Shown: positions 1 to 10,013 of the stretch, piece after piece
How positions within the stretch are numbered: the stretch's first letter is position 1
How the letters are laid out: each line of letters begins with the position of its first letter
Virus record (IMG/VR): IMGVR_UViG_3300005193_000001
Coordinates: 1-64,000 of that record
Length of the DNA: 64,000 nt
From: an uncultured virus (IMG/VR IMGVR_UViG_3300005193_000001)
Taxonomy: Duplodnaviria > Heunggongvirae > Uroviricota > Caudoviricetes
Strand: one strand, 5' to 3'
Made by a program: the position numbers and the translations under genes
Notes under the pieces: generated by a model
Databases searched by the model: none
Told to the model about the DNA's origin: nothing
What the model saw: the letters and a program-made list of their open reading frames with translations, nothing else

Positions 1-2615
1 AAGTTTATGTCGTCTGAGTTGGTGACGACCTGCGAACCGTCATCAGAAACGTTGGTGCCCCCTGACGCGTCGATGGTGAAAGCGCCACCTCCATCGTCCG
101 TTACAGAAAGATTAGAACCGAAGTTAAGATCGAATCCGGAACCAACACTGGTTCCACCGTCGTTTACGGGAAGAGCTACATTTAGCGTTTGTCCGGTTTT
201 TACGAGTCCACTACCTGCATCGATTTGACCTGCGGCGGAGAATTGAGACCAGTTAATAGCCGTAGAATCAACGGTTATCGGGTCGGAAGTAGTAATAATG
301 TAGGAAGTATTGATGTTGGCCGTGCCCTCTTCTACAAAGGTAAACGTGCCGCTAGTAACTTCATCGTCTTCGTCGGCGTCCTCAGACCGGGTCCATGTGG
401 TGGGGTCGGTGGCCGTGTTCGCCACGTAAATGCCGTTCTCTGCAGTAGCGTTTTGATCTTTAAGAAGCACTCGGTCTCCATCAGAAAGCACAACCCCGTC
501 GATGGGATTTGGGTCGGCGTTAGCCGTTAAATCAATGTTCGTTTCATCTGTAGCCGCACGTACGCTTTCTTTTAGATCCAATCCTTGCGCCACGCCATCG
601 ACGTAAACCTTAGTTGCAAGGTCCGAATCTTTCGAAGGAGAAGTAGACGTGGAAATGGAAGGAAGGTCAGAAAATTGCAGCCTGTTGTCCCCGTCGAGCC
701 CAACATCCGAAAGGTCGGTGATAGCTATGGTAGCAGAACCTCCGAGAGAAGCCGTATTTCCGGCTACAGTCACGGTGTTGTTTTCAAGTTCTACGGTAAC
801 GGAACCGTCTCCATCGCTCGTAGCTTGTACATCTCCGGTAAAGTTAATGTCGTCCGTGTTGGACACCACTTCACTACCATCGTCCGAAACGTCGGTTCTT
901 GTGTCCGAAGATCCAGACCCGGAAACCGTTACACTACCATCTCCATCGTCTGTAACGGAAAGGTTCGCGTCAAAGTTTATATCCGTTACGTTCGTAAGAA
1001 CCTGAGAACCGCCATCGGAAATGTTAGCTCTGGTGTCGGTTCCACCCGTTCCATTTATCGTTATCGTACCCCCGCCGTCGTCCGTAACTGTGAGATTCGA
1101 GCCAAAGTTAAGGTTAGTAATGGCCGTGTTAACGTCCACTCCGCTGTCGTCAACGTTAAGCCCCGTTATAAAGTCCGAATTCGAATTGTCGTACAACGAG
1201 AGGTCGTCGTTAACCGACACGTCAACCTGCCCGGTAGTCGGGCTCGTAACGTCAAGAAGTGAAGCGAAGTTGAAGACCGAAGCACTGGTCTGAATCGTGG
1301 TGGTGCTGTCTTCCACCGTGGAGCCTTCGAGATTTCCGGTAAAGTTAATCGTTACCGTTCCGTCTCCGTCGTCAATGACTTCGAGGTCAGATCCAAAGTT
1401 AACATCCGAAGGCTCCGCCAAAATCTGGCTTCCATTGTCGGAAACGGAAGAACCTTCAACTCCAACAAAATTGAGAGCAAGCTGCTCGTTAGCTACGTCT
1501 TCAACGACATTTATATTGTCGCCGCCAACAATTTGAGATTGGTTAGCGGAAAATACTCTAGAATCCGTAAAGAACAGATTTGTAGAACCCTCGGTTACGT
1601 CATCAGAAGTGTTCGTGGTGGTGTCAAATACGTCGTTGCTAACGGAAATGCTTGCTATTCCGGGACTTCCAGATACGTTAAGCAAACCCGTGAAATTGAA
1701 AACGTCGGTGTTAGGCACGATAGAGGCACCATCGTCCTGCACCTCTGGAGCGACGGCATCGAGGTCTCCGTCGAGTTCTATTGTGATCGTGTTGTTGTTA
1801 TCATCGACACTTAGCGTTATGTCCGTTCCAGATTGAAGAACGCCGCTCGTATTTGGATCTGCGGTATCCGAATTGAAATCCCCGTCTCTCAGGGTTTGGA
1901 AAACACGATCTTGAGTGAAGTAGAGATCGCTCGCGCCTTCAGCTAAGTCGTTCGTAGTCGTTGGAACGGCCCCGTCGATGGCCGACGCAGTTACGAGAGC
2001 CGTGTTGGAACTGTTGTCGGGGTTGCTCGTGACCTCGTCTACGTCGCTTCCCTGAATGGTTATCGTATCGCTAAACGAAACCGGAGACTGGAAATTAGCT
2101 TGATCTTCGAAGGTGGCCGATCCTTTGAACGTTGAAGATTTCTCAACGATAAGCTCTTCGAATATAGAAAACGTAGAAGTCGAGTCATTGAAAAGGACCC
2201 TCGTGAGAGAGTCCATATCTGCTATAACGCTCTCCGAGTCTCCGACGTTGAAGTTGGCGGAGGTGTCATCAATTCGAGCTCCGGGAAGCGCCGTCACAAA
2301 CACGTCATCGTTTCCCGAACTTGAATTCTGGAAGTCGGAAGCGGAAGTCGTGTTTGTAAGAACGTAATTGCCAGGATGGAGCGTAATATGCGCCCTAGCT
2401 AGTTTGCTCTGGTCTTCGACAATGAAGTCGTTCGTACCTGATCTAGCAAAGTCCAGAACTTCTCTGGCTCTGTCAATAGCCCCGTCGAGATTTGAGAAGG
2501 TGGGGGGCGAACCTTGATTATCACTGGCTATATCAGTCTCTATTGTCTTCAGACCACCGATACTCTCGTCGCGGACATTTTGCCACGCTACCGTAATTGA
2601 AGCGACTATGCTCAT
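1..2615 (-). CDS. Tail fibre / long virion structural protein, partial (runs off the left edge; absent from the ORF track)
   Basis: ATG at 2615 (MSIVASITVAWQ...). Segments translated by hand contain TTNDLAEGASDLYFTQDRV, LATKVYVDGVAQGLDLKESVRAAT...GDRVLLKDQ...ENGIY and repeated DDG..VV...DINF..L.VTDDG.G units typical of phage fibre proteins. Confidence 0.75.
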   Translation of the reverse strand, partial: MSIVASITVAWQNVRDESIGGLKTIETDIASDNQGSPPTFSNLDGAIDRAREVLDFARSGTNDFIVEDQSKLARAHITLHPGNYVLTNTTSASDFQNSSSGNDDVFVTALPGARIDDTSANFNVGDSESVIADMDSLTRVLFNDSTSTFSIFEELIVEKSSTFKGSATFEDQANFQSPVSFSDTITIQGSDVDEVTSNPDNSSNTALVTASAIDGAVPTTTNDLAEGASDLYFTQDRVFQTLRDGDFNSDTADPNTSGVLQSGTDITLSVDDNNNTITIELDGDLDAVAPEVQDDGASIVPNTDVFNFTGLLNVSGSPGIASISVSNDVFDTTTNTSDDVTEGSTNLFFTDSRVFSANQSQIVGGDNINVVEDVANEQLALNFVGVEGSSVSDNGSQILAEPSDVNFGSDLEVIDDGDGTVTINFTGNLEGSTVEDSTTTIQTSASVFNFASLLDVTSPTTGQVDVSVNDDLSLYDNSNSDFITGLNVDDSGVDVNTAITNLNFGSNLTVTDDGGGTITINGTGGTDTRANISDGGSQVLTNVTDINFDANLSVTDDGDGSVTVSGSGSSDTRTDVSDDGSEVVSNTDDINFTGDVQATSDGDGSVTVELENNTVTVAGNTASLGGSATIAITDLSDVGLDGDNRLQFSDLPSISTSTSPSKDSDLATKVYVDGVAQGLDLKESVRAATDETNIDLTANADPNPIDGVVLSDGDRVLLKDQNATAENGIYVANTATDPTTWTRSEDADEDDEVTSGTFTFVEEGTANINTSYIITTSDPITVDSTAINWSQFSAAGQIDAGSGLVKTGQTLNVALPVNDGGTSVGSGFDLNFGSNLSVTDDGGGAFTIDASGGTNVSDDGSQVVTNSDDIN

Positions 2616-2652
2616 GCTTGCTTTATGTCATATCACTTTGTATAAACCTTTT

Positions 2653-3024
2653 TCATCTGAAGAACCTGCGCAGGTACTTGCCGTACTCTCTGGAACGAAC
2701 TCGATTTTGAACGTAGTTCGCTGCATAATGAATGGTGGACAGAGCCAATTGTCGCTCCAGTCCCCGGTTCGTGGTTTCGTTGATTAGTTCCGGTTCTAGA
2801 CGACCATCAATAACGAAATTTCTGTTTAAAAGATCGGACGTGGCTCTCTGACAGAACGTGTTTGCGCTTTCGTTGTTTTCCAAAACCACGGCCACGTCGA
2901 AGACCCGAGAAACCACTACGGTGCTTTCTATTCGGCTGTAGGCTTCGGCCCAAAAATTCGAGATTTCCTTTTCGGGGTCCGCGTATTCGTTAACGTATTC
3001 AAAGCACTCGTCATAATTGGACAT
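2653..3024 (-). CDS. hypothetical protein
   Basis: ATG ORF in a tightly packed minus-strand operon, acidic composition. Confidence 0.6.
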   Translation of the reverse strand: MSNYDECFEYVNEYADPEKEISNFWAEAYSRIESTVVVSRVFDVAVVLENNESANTFCQRATSDLLNRNFVIDGRLEPELINETTNRGLERQLALSTIHYAANYVQNRVRSREYGKYLRRFFR

Positions 3025-3036
3025 TCAGTTGTTAGC

Positions 3037-3621
3037 TCATTCATCCTCGATCCGAATAACTTCACCTGGAAGAAGGTTGTGTACCATTTGAGTGTTACCG
3101 TGTTCCGTGTTCACCGAATCCGAAAGCTCGACGGTATACCTGGAACGTTGACTTCCATAACTGAATGGATCTCGAACCCGAACCACCCCTTCTTTTCCGT
3201 CAACTTGCTCTTGATAAGGCGTAAGGTATCCGCGAGAAATCTCGTTGAAGTCAATTTGGACTCTATCTCCCACGTCCGGGGCATTGGCCTCGTCCTTGAG
3301 TCTGGAAATCACCTGTTCGACTTCCTCTCGGCGTTCCTCTCTCACGTCTCCAGCCCTTCTCATCCATTCTCGAATAACGTCTTTTGGATCTCCCTCTTCA
3401 ACGGCACCAGTCATCTTCCTAAGTGCCTCGATGGGAGTCAAATCCGTTTTCTCTGCCACCTTCTCGCTTACTAGCCGAAGCTTCTCCATCGTACTTTCGT
3501 TTTGGCTGTTCTCTTCGACAGATTTCTCGACGTGGCGGAAAAAGTCTCGATAATTTGGACCTTCTTCGATCATGGCTTGCCTGTCATTTAGTTCAAAGTT
3601 AAATATGAGAGAGACCGACAT
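3037..3621 (-). CDS. hypothetical protein with C-terminal SH3/KOW-like domain
   Basis: VGDRVQI...GKEGVV...YTVEL pattern. Confidence 0.55.
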   Translation of the reverse strand: MSVSLIFNFELNDRQAMIEEGPNYRDFFRHVEKSVEENSQNESTMEKLRLVSEKVAEKTDLTPIEALRKMTGAVEEGDPKDVIREWMRRAGDVREERREEVEQVISRLKDEANAPDVGDRVQIDFNEISRGYLTPYQEQVDGKEGVVRVRDPFSYGSQRSRYTVELSDSVNTEHGNTQMVHNLLPGEVIRIEDE

Positions 3622-3633
3622 AAATAGAGTCGA

Positions 3634-3888
3634 TTAAAGAAGGACGGTCCAATCCTCCAGCTTATCGACGAACTCTTCTACAGACAGGTCGTCTCCTTTA
3701 TCGGACTTGATCTCCACCTCTTCCAACTTGTTCGGAAACCTTTCGGCTATATCTTCAAAGAGGTGAAAGCCTTGACTCGGATAGAAGGTGCCGTTAAACG
3801 TCGAGAGTTCTCCAAGCATATAGTTGTCCGAATACAAGTTTTCGGACTCTTTGACCATTTGCTCAGGGAGTAGAATAAAATATTTCAT
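3634..3888 (-). CDS. hypothetical protein
   Basis: ATGA overlap with upstream ORF. Confidence 0.55.
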   Translation of the reverse strand: MKYFILLPEQMVKESENLYSDNYMLGELSTFNGTFYPSQGFHLFEDIAERFPNKLEEVEIKSDKGDDLSVEEFVDKLEDWTVLL

Positions 3889-4085
3889 TGATCTTCGGGA
3901 AAGTTAGGGTTTCGTTCGTCTTCGCCCTTTTCCGGGAAGCCAATATATACAGCACCGCGTTTTTCGCTTACTTGATATTCGACGTCGTAGTGATCACCTA
4001 TCGTGTCTCCTTTCCACTTCTTGTTGGCCGGAAAGGGTTCTGATGTGAAGATTCGAAGAAAAAAGTCTCGAATGCGTTTAAGCAT
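3885..4085 (-). CDS. hypothetical protein
   Basis: Overlaps neighbours on both sides in the operon. Confidence 0.5.
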   Translation of the reverse strand: MLKRIRDFFLRIFTSEPFPANKKWKGDTIGDHYDVEYQVSEKRGAVYIGFPEKGEDERNPNFPEDQ

Positions 4086-5073
4086 GTTGAATAGATTCTA
4101 TTCTTTTGAGAAATTGTCTTTCCTCGTTGCTAACGTCGTCCAAGACTCCGAAAGTCTCGAAGCTCTCGTAGGACGATGCCATAGCAACCACCAGTACAGC
4201 TTTGGTAGCCAAAGAAAAGCCCTCGATTTTGGACAGTTCCGACCTTTTTATCCTAGACAGCTTTTCTTTGACTTCGTCCGATGGTAGATAGATTGAGTGA
4301 TAGCCCTCGCAGATTTCGACACACTTTTCAACGTCTCTGCTGAAAAACACAACACGTGTGCGCGGGAGTTTTAAAAGGTCTCTAGAGGCACTGCGAATGA
4401 ACCTGAAATCCGAGTCCTTCCCGTACCTGCCTTCACCCCAGCGAACCGTAACTTCCGTGTCCGGAGACGAATCTCTCCGGTCTCTTACGACTTCAACCGA
4501 ATCCGCCTCCTGAAACACAGGCTCCGTGAACTTGTTAGAAAAAGCAAGACCTTCAAGGGGCTCAACTCTGTATGGATAGTTCATGGTCTTGTCGTCTTCC
4601 TTTAAGTCAGGTTCGATGTTGTCGCTATTGAGGGCTCGAACGAGATCACTGGAGTGGGTAAAGCTTAGTGGCAAGCCGTAGGCTTCTACGATCTCAGAGA
4701 CTGCGCTGGGAACCAGAGGTGAAGGAGGGGGGAGCTCTCCGACAAAGACGAGCCTTTCGGCTTCCATTTCTCCACAGATCCAAGCGGCCATGACTATCTC
4801 ACTCCCTAAATGAAAAGGCCCACCATCCCAATCAAGGATAGATGAGCCTTTTTCGAAGTACTGCCTTTGTTCGTTAAATTCAGACCTGTCAAGCTCCAAG
4901 TTCCCGCTTTCGGACCTCGCTATCGAAACGTCGGACTTTGGATGAGGTCCAGAAAGAGAAAGTAAGGTGCCTCTTTTGTTTCTCGCCATTCGTCTGGTTC
5001 TTTCCACCAGAGCTTTGTCCGAAAAGTCGGATATGGCGAACACTCGCCTACCTTCAATCTTGCTCTTCTTCAT
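4078..5073 (-). CDS. hypothetical protein
   Basis: 331-aa ORF in the operon. Confidence 0.6.
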   Translation of the reverse strand: MKKSKIEGRRVFAISDFSDKALVERTRRMARNKRGTLLSLSGPHPKSDVSIARSESGNLELDRSEFNEQRQYFEKGSSILDWDGGPFHLGSEIVMAAWICGEMEAERLVFVGELPPPSPLVPSAVSEIVEAYGLPLSFTHSSDLVRALNSDNIEPDLKEDDKTMNYPYRVEPLEGLAFSNKFTEPVFQEADSVEVVRDRRDSSPDTEVTVRWGEGRYGKDSDFRFIRSASRDLLKLPRTRVVFFSRDVEKCVEICEGYHSIYLPSDEVKEKLSRIKRSELSKIEGFSLATKAVLVVAMASSYESFETFGVLDDVSNEERQFLKRIESIQHA

Positions 5074-5725
5074 TTTGATAATCGCTGGAGTCGAATTGTT
5101 CTTTATCCTTGACTCGGTCCACTTCTCCGATAGGAAAGAAAATGGTCCTCTCCTTCCAAAGCCAAGGCGTACAATCTTCGAGGATTCCGACCCTGTGAAT
5201 TCCGACGAAGTGCGAACAAAGGAAAACGTCGGGATAGTCTCCTTCGTTCCATTCGCTGCCCTTGCTTAACACCACGGGACGCCCTCGGTTCTGTCCGGCT
5301 TCGTAAACCATCTTGAACGGGTGATCTTCGGCGGGACGACGGCACAAAAGGCTGTCGGCCTCAGAGTGCTTACGATAGAACTGGATGGCGGACCGAATGT
5401 TTCGGTACGTCCTATTAGGATAATCTACAGGAAGCGTCACGAAATCGTCATCGTCGTTCATGTTCATCTTGTTGCTCACCGGGATCAAAACGTCCCGAAG
5501 AGGTGGCATGTCGAGAGAATGATCTTCGCCCGGTTCAGGATCTACGGCTAATCCTTTGACTCTCGTTTCTCTCACCTGCTCGATTGCCCAATCCTCGTTG
5601 GTAGCTACAATAACTCGCTTCTTGAACTTTCTAGGTATGTTGTCGAGCGTTAAGGGAAGCAGTTCTTCGTTGGCTCCCTCGTAAGGCTCCATGTGAGAAA
5701 AGATAGGAACTATGTAATAAACCAT
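5054..5725 (-). CDS. acylneuraminate cytidylyltransferase (NeuA/CMP-KDO synthetase)-like protein
   Basis: YIVP start, RVIVATNEDW, FVTLPVDYPNRT, HPFKM, DYPDVF motifs resemble CTP_transf_3; nucleotide-binding loop is degenerate. Confidence 0.55.
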   Translation of the reverse strand: MVYYIVPIFSHMEPYEGANEELLPLTLDNIPRKFKKRVIVATNEDWAIEQVRETRVKGLAVDPEPGEDHSLDMPPLRDVLIPVSNKMNMNDDDDFVTLPVDYPNRTYRNIRSAIQFYRKHSEADSLLCRRPAEDHPFKMVYEAGQNRGRPVVLSKGSEWNEGDYPDVFLCSHFVGIHRVGILEDCTPWLWKERTIFFPIGEVDRVKDKEQFDSSDYQNEEEQD

Positions 5726-6514
5726 TTAATCTGTTTCTTTTCTGAGTTCGTCGATTTTAGCGATATTATCGGAGTGATGAATAGCTGGAATGTTGATATC
5801 GAGCTTGACGTAAAAGTCGCCTTGAGGCTTGCCATCAAAGGTCTCGGGACCGCCCATGCCTTGGAATCTGAAAGTAGAATCGAGTTTCGAGCCGGGTTCT
5901 ATTTTGGTGCGTACCGTCTTTCCATCCAAGGTATCGACTTCCACGTTTCCTCCGGTCATGGCGTCCCAGACCGAAACTTCTTTCTTGACGTAAATGTCGT
6001 TCCTGTTTTCTCTCCAAAACTCGGTGTTGTTGGAAACTCGAAATGTGACCTTCGAGCCTATGTCGGGAAAGAACATTTCGGTTCCGTCCTGAGTTCCGGG
6101 AGGAACGCGTATGGTAGTCGGACCGATGTTGAGACTTTCTTGTCCGTACACTGCGCTTTCAAAGCCTACGTTCACTACCTTCCGCTTTTTGCTTCCACCA
6201 CCCACGGTAGAGGAGCGGCCAAATCCGGCCTTGTCGGACCAATCCTTGAAGTCCCGGAGCATGTCTTCTACGCTCTTTTCCTGACCGTAGTTGATATTCG
6301 GGTTACTTCTAAATCCAAAGTCTTCGGATTCGAACCCGCTCCCCACTTCGCCGTTTTCTATACGCTCGTAGGCTGATTTGATCTTTTTGAACTTGTCTTC
6401 GTCTCCTCCACGGTCGGGGTGATGTTTCTTGGCCTTCTCTCTGTAAGCGTCTTTGATCTCTTCTGGAGAAGCGTTTTTGTCAACTCCGAGAACCGCGTAA
6501 GGACTTTGTTTCAT
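5726..6514 (-). CDS. DnaJ-class co-chaperone (J domain plus DnaJ C-terminal domain, no zinc finger)
   Basis: PYAVLGV...[26 protein letters not shown]-terminal G.GGP...GDFYV. Confidence 0.9.
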   Translation of the reverse strand: MKQSPYAVLGVDKNASPEEIKDAYREKAKKHHPDRGGDEDKFKKIKSAYERIENGEVGSGFESEDFGFRSNPNINYGQEKSVEDMLRDFKDWSDKAGFGRSSTVGGGSKKRKVVNVGFESAVYGQESLNIGPTTIRVPPGTQDGTEMFFPDIGSKVTFRVSNNTEFWRENRNDIYVKKEVSVWDAMTGGNVEVDTLDGKTVRTKIEPGSKLDSTFRFQGMGGPETFDGKPQGDFYVKLDINIPAIHHSDNIAKIDELRKETD

Positions 6515-6849
6515 ATCTGTTTTTCAATTGCGTCTATGGCGTAATCGCTGTTGACTTCAATCCAGTCTGGTTCCCACCTGCTGCCGTTGCATCGCGGTCT
6601 TCTGTTTCCGATGTAATATTTCTCTTCGCTCTCGTTGTACTTGACTTGCTTTTCTATCTTGAAGGTGGCAGAATCGCTTACCACGTGAACGAGATCCGCC
6701 GTGGAGTAGCTTCAATCGGTGTCTGCGTGTTTTCTGCGCTGCACTTCTCTTGGGTGGTAAAGATATTCCACCAGCATCGAAAACCAGACAACGGACGAAA
6801 GAGCGACTACCAGAACGACGAAAGCTCCGAGAAGCCGAAAGACTATCAT
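6511..6849 (-). pseudogene. membrane-anchored protein interrupted by a single in-frame TGA at 6712-6714 (or two small genes)
   Basis: 113-codon frame with ATGA overlaps at both ends and an N-terminal hydrophobic helix. Confidence 0.4.
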
Positions 6850-7259
6850 GGAACTTGATATTCGGTAACGAGTTGAGACCTTCTGATTCTGTCTACCTTG
6901 AAGGTTCGGTACGGATAGCCATCGAAGTTGAAGCTATCGAATCTTCTGTCGTACCACCGTTCCACGTCTTGGTAATCGACGTCAAAGAGAAGCGTCTCGT
7001 CGCTCAAGAATTGAGACTCGAAGTCAAGCATATAGTTACCGATCTCGGCCATGCTCTCGGCAACGTCTTGAAGCTGCTCCGGTGACATTTCACCGAGATC
7101 AAGAGCATGCAAGAGGTCGTCTTGGACGCCAAGCACGAGCACCTTTCTGGAACTCAGATTGCCATCCTGATCCTCATAGCCAAACTTCGCTATGTCTCCA
7201 GAACTGAAATTGAAGCTGCTGTAAGATAGCGTCTTTCCAAAGTTGTCGCTGTGGCTCAT
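6846..7259 (-). CDS. WYL-like / gp2-like domain protein
   Basis: F.Y....G..S.R.V.V...LHALDL...YRTFKVDRI; paralog of 44957..45478. Confidence 0.5.
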   Translation of the reverse strand: MSHSDNFGKTLSYSSFNFSSGDIAKFGYEDQDGNLSSRKVLVLGVQDDLLHALDLGEMSPEQLQDVAESMAEIGNYMLDFESQFLSDETLLFDVDYQDVERWYDRRFDSFNFDGYPYRTFKVDRIRRSQLVTEYQVP

Positions 7260-7282
7260 GCGCCTTTTCTTGTCCTAAGAGT

Positions 7283-7534
7283 TCAGATGGGCTGGTCCAT
7301 GAAAATTCCGTCCACGTGATCGTCCCGGACCCCGAACTTCCGGAGCTTTTCTCCGATTTCGGAGCGGTTTATCTGCTCTTCCTCGGGTTGGCAAATCATG
7401 ACTCCCCGAGTGTCTCCAGCCTCAACCAACTCTCCGTTTTCTTCGACGGAATAAAAGTATCCGGGCATCGGCGCGGGATCGTAACCGTATTCGACCAGAT
7501 CTCCGCTTTCAGTAACGTGCGAATAACGAGACAT
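7283..7534 (-). CDS. hypothetical early protein
   Basis: Directly downstream of the GGAAC-type promoter. Confidence 0.55.
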   Translation of the reverse strand: MSRYSHVTESGDLVEYGYDPAPMPGYFYSVEENGELVEAGDTRGVMICQPEEEQINRSEIGEKLRKFGVRDDHVDGIFMDQPI

Positions 7535-7602
7535 AGCCTATTTGAACAGGTGAGAAAGAGAGTAAACGCGTCTCCTGGCTTTTTCGTCGTTAGTGCACCA
7601 GA

Positions 7603-7646
7603 TTAAACGGAACCGTGAACTTCCGGTTCCGTGAAGCACGTGTTAA
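7603..7646 (-). promoter_or_regulatory. putative early promoter TTAACA-N4-CTTCAC-GGAAC-N16-CGTTTAA
   Basis: Repeated motif with fixed 16-nt spacer found upstream of several genes. Confidence 0.65.
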
Positions 7647-8587
7647 GACTCGTTGAGCTCGGGTTGTGGCCCCACGAACTTGCTGTCAACGTAGGGGTCC
7701 ATGCTCTCTGGATAATCGAGGAAGGTGTTGTGATCGCAAAATGGCATCTGACCGTGTTGCTGAGAGAATGGGCAGAACGCGCACTTGAACTTGTCCGGGT
7801 CCTTCTTGAACTCGCCCTCCTTCTTGCTTCCGTCCTCGTTGTAGCAGGAACTTATGAACTCGTTGATCTTGCTTTCGACCCTGCTGAGAGCTTCGTCTCC
7901 ACTCGGGGGCTCGAAGCTCTGGAACCTGCCGAAGTTGCCCTTGTTTCGCTTTAAGATCAAATACTCGATATCCACCATCGAAGGTCTGATCCCAAGTTCT
8001 TGTGCGAAGTAGAGCTTGTAGGCCAGAAGCTGGTCGGTTCTCTTTTTCTCTTTTCTCTTCCATTTGTCCCAACCGTCCTTCGAAGTCTTGAGGTCTATGA
8101 TTTTGTACTTTCCCGTGTCTTCGTTATAAAGCACAATGTCGAGATATCCTCGCCAGTGAATGCCATTCTTTATCTCCTCGAAGACCTTGTGTTCGATCCC
8201 AGAAAGCGTCGTGGACTGAACCGGGAAGTACTTGGATCTGTTTGATTTCAGGTGCCTAAGAATGTCTCCTCCGTCTTTTGCGGCTTTCACCATTTGCTTC
8301 TTCGTGATCGGAAACTCCACGTCTTCGTCCCAATCTTCTCTCTTCTCTTCGAAGCTTTCGAACATCCTGTCTCTCAAGTCATCAACGAGATCAAGTTTGC
8401 TCGCGGCTTGAATAGAGTCCTTGTACAGAACTCGAAGGTACTTCTGGATGGTTTCGTGGACGGCTGTTCCAAATATGAAGTGGATGCTCTCGTCGGTCGG
8501 CCAGTTCTCGTCTCTATACTTCAGTTGCCATTTTCTTGGACAGGAACGCCAAGTCTTGAATTCCGTGTGGGATACGCTTGTGCTCAT
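7643..8587 (-). CDS. PD-(D/E)XK nuclease (RecB/Cas4-like exonuclease)
   Basis: S.....W..CP.KW, FGTAVHETI, GYLDIV, IIDLKTS, QLLAY, C.FCPF. Confidence 0.85.
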   Translation of the reverse strand: MSTSVSHTEFKTWRSCPRKWQLKYRDENWPTDESIHFIFGTAVHETIQKYLRVLYKDSIQAASKLDLVDDLRDRMFESFEEKREDWDEDVEFPITKKQMVKAAKDGGDILRHLKSNRSKYFPVQSTTLSGIEHKVFEEIKNGIHWRGYLDIVLYNEDTGKYKIIDLKTSKDGWDKWKRKEKKRTDQLLAYKLYFAQELGIRPSMVDIEYLILKRNKGNFGRFQSFEPPSGDEALSRVESKINEFISSCYNEDGSKKEGEFKKDPDKFKCAFCPFSQQHGQMPFCDHNTFLDYPESMDPYVDSKFVGPQPELNES

Positions 8588-8817
8588 CTAATAACTTATT
8601 TTTAGTTCTCTAGCCGACACGTAAGCCCTCTTAAACGTCCAGAAGGCGACGAAGGCCGGAACGAACACTGAAATACCGAAATTGAATTTTCGAAATCAAG
8701 AAAGCCGCTCGTTGATGTGGCTGGAAACGAAGTTTTAAAAATCCTTAACAAGCTTCTTGATCTCCGACTCCGAAAATCTTCGGACTCGATGTGGATCGGC
8801 TCCACGTCGGAGGGCTA

Positions 8818-9171
8818 TTACATCATATCGTGCGAATGCTTTATCCAGTTTCCGTACCTTTGCTCAAGTTTGAATCTTTTCTTTTGCATTGATACCTTAG
8901 GTGGTGTCGAGCGTTCGACATGTGGTTCATACCACTCGACCATCACCTCATCAACACCGTCTTGAAGTTGACTTGCTACGTGACGGTACTGATTGTTATT
9001 ATATTCGATCTCGGACCGATCTTCTCCATCGGCTCCCGACGTAACTTCGCGTTCGAATTCGGTAAACACTTCATCGATGCGCTCGTTACGTTGCCGATAG
9101 AACTCGTAAAGAGTTTCGGGGAGATCGTCGTGCTTGACTTGTTGGGGGAAGTTGTTATCCATTATTGTCAC
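8818..9171 (-). CDS. hypothetical protein
   Basis: ORF in the operon. Confidence 0.55.
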   Translation of the reverse strand: MTIMDNNFPQQVKHDDLPETLYEFYRQRNERIDEVFTEFEREVTSGADGEDRSEIEYNNNQYRHVASQLQDGVDEVMVEWYEPHVERSTPPKVSMQKKRFKLEQRYGNWIKHSHDMM

Positions 9172-9592
9172 CAGTTAATTTACTCATCATGTCTTCGTAC
9201 TTGTCCGAAAGGTCGTTTTCAAGCTTATCATGCATGCTCGACACGTTGTCATCGCCGGAATCCAGCATAGTAACAATGTTACCAATCCAGTCAATGCCAT
9301 TGGCGAATGCACGAGCCGCTTCTTCGCGACTTGGTTCAACGACGCCCATGGCCTCTTCCGTGTCACCGTCAAGAATTTCGATGCGATTAGATCGCTGTTG
9401 GGTCTGCTTGTTGGTATCGGTATATCGCCAAAGCACAGTCTTTCCAAGTCTATTGGCTAACTGCTGAGCTACCCAATTGTTGAAGGCTTTTCCTTGAGGA
9501 AGCTCTTGAAGCTTCCGTTGGTACTTTTCCCTCTGCTGGGGAGTAAGCTCGGGACCCTGTTGCTGATTGTTGGGGTTAGGAGGATTCATCAT
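9155..9592 (-). CDS. hypothetical protein
   Basis: ORF in the operon. Confidence 0.55.
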   Translation of the reverse strand: MMNPPNPNNQQQGPELTPQQREKYQRKLQELPQGKAFNNWVAQQLANRLGKTVLWRYTDTNKQTQQRSNRIEILDGDTEEAMGVVEPSREEAARAFANGIDWIGNIVTMLDSGDDNVSSMHDKLENDLSDKYEDMMSKLTGDNNG

Positions 9593-10013
9593 TATCTCTG
9601 TCTCTGGTCTCTAAGTCCAAAGAGTAGCCTATGCGAATGTAGTTCAGGGCGTCGGCAAACCTGCCTTCGATGCCCTCGGCTTGCTCAATATCTGGATCTT
9701 TTGCGTAATTAGCTAGGGCGAGAACGTGTTTCATGAAGTAAACCGCCCAAACCTGCATCGGATCAAGATCAAGCATGTTAGCTATTTCCTTGAAGTTGGC
9801 GTGAACGTCTTCTCCGTACTTGCCACTGTAGGCCGGGTTTTTGCTTTCCTGAATCTCGTTGGCGACGGAAAGGATTTGCTCCATCCTGTCCTGAAACTGT
9901 TCGAGATTGGTGCTAGTACCGTTGACTCCTTCTTCAGAATCTTCGATTCCATTCTCTTTCATTAGTCTTTTCATAATTGGAGGATTAATACCGAAGTTAT
10001 TTTCTCCGTTCAT
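9576..10013 (-). CDS. DUF1599 / nucleotide-modification-associated alpha-helical NTP pyrophosphatase-like protein
   Basis: K.PAY....D..ANF...VWAVYFMKH...GRFADALNY. Confidence 0.55.
   Translation of the reverse strand: MNGENNFGINPPIMKRLMKENGIEDSEEGVNGTSTNLEQFQDRMEQILSVANEIQESKNPAYSGKYGEDVHANFKEIANMLDLDPMQVWAVYFMKHVLALANYAKDPDIEQAEGIEGRFADALNYIRIGYSLDLETRDRDNDESS

Noticed and set aside
6712..6714. Genome-wide stop-codon reassignment or selenocysteine
   Set aside because: TGA, TAG and TAA all terminate conserved genes normally; no Sec tRNA or SECIS was recognised
7643..8587. Cas4 as part of a CRISPR system
   Set aside because: Stand-alone PD-(D/E)XK phage nuclease with no array or other cas genes in the window
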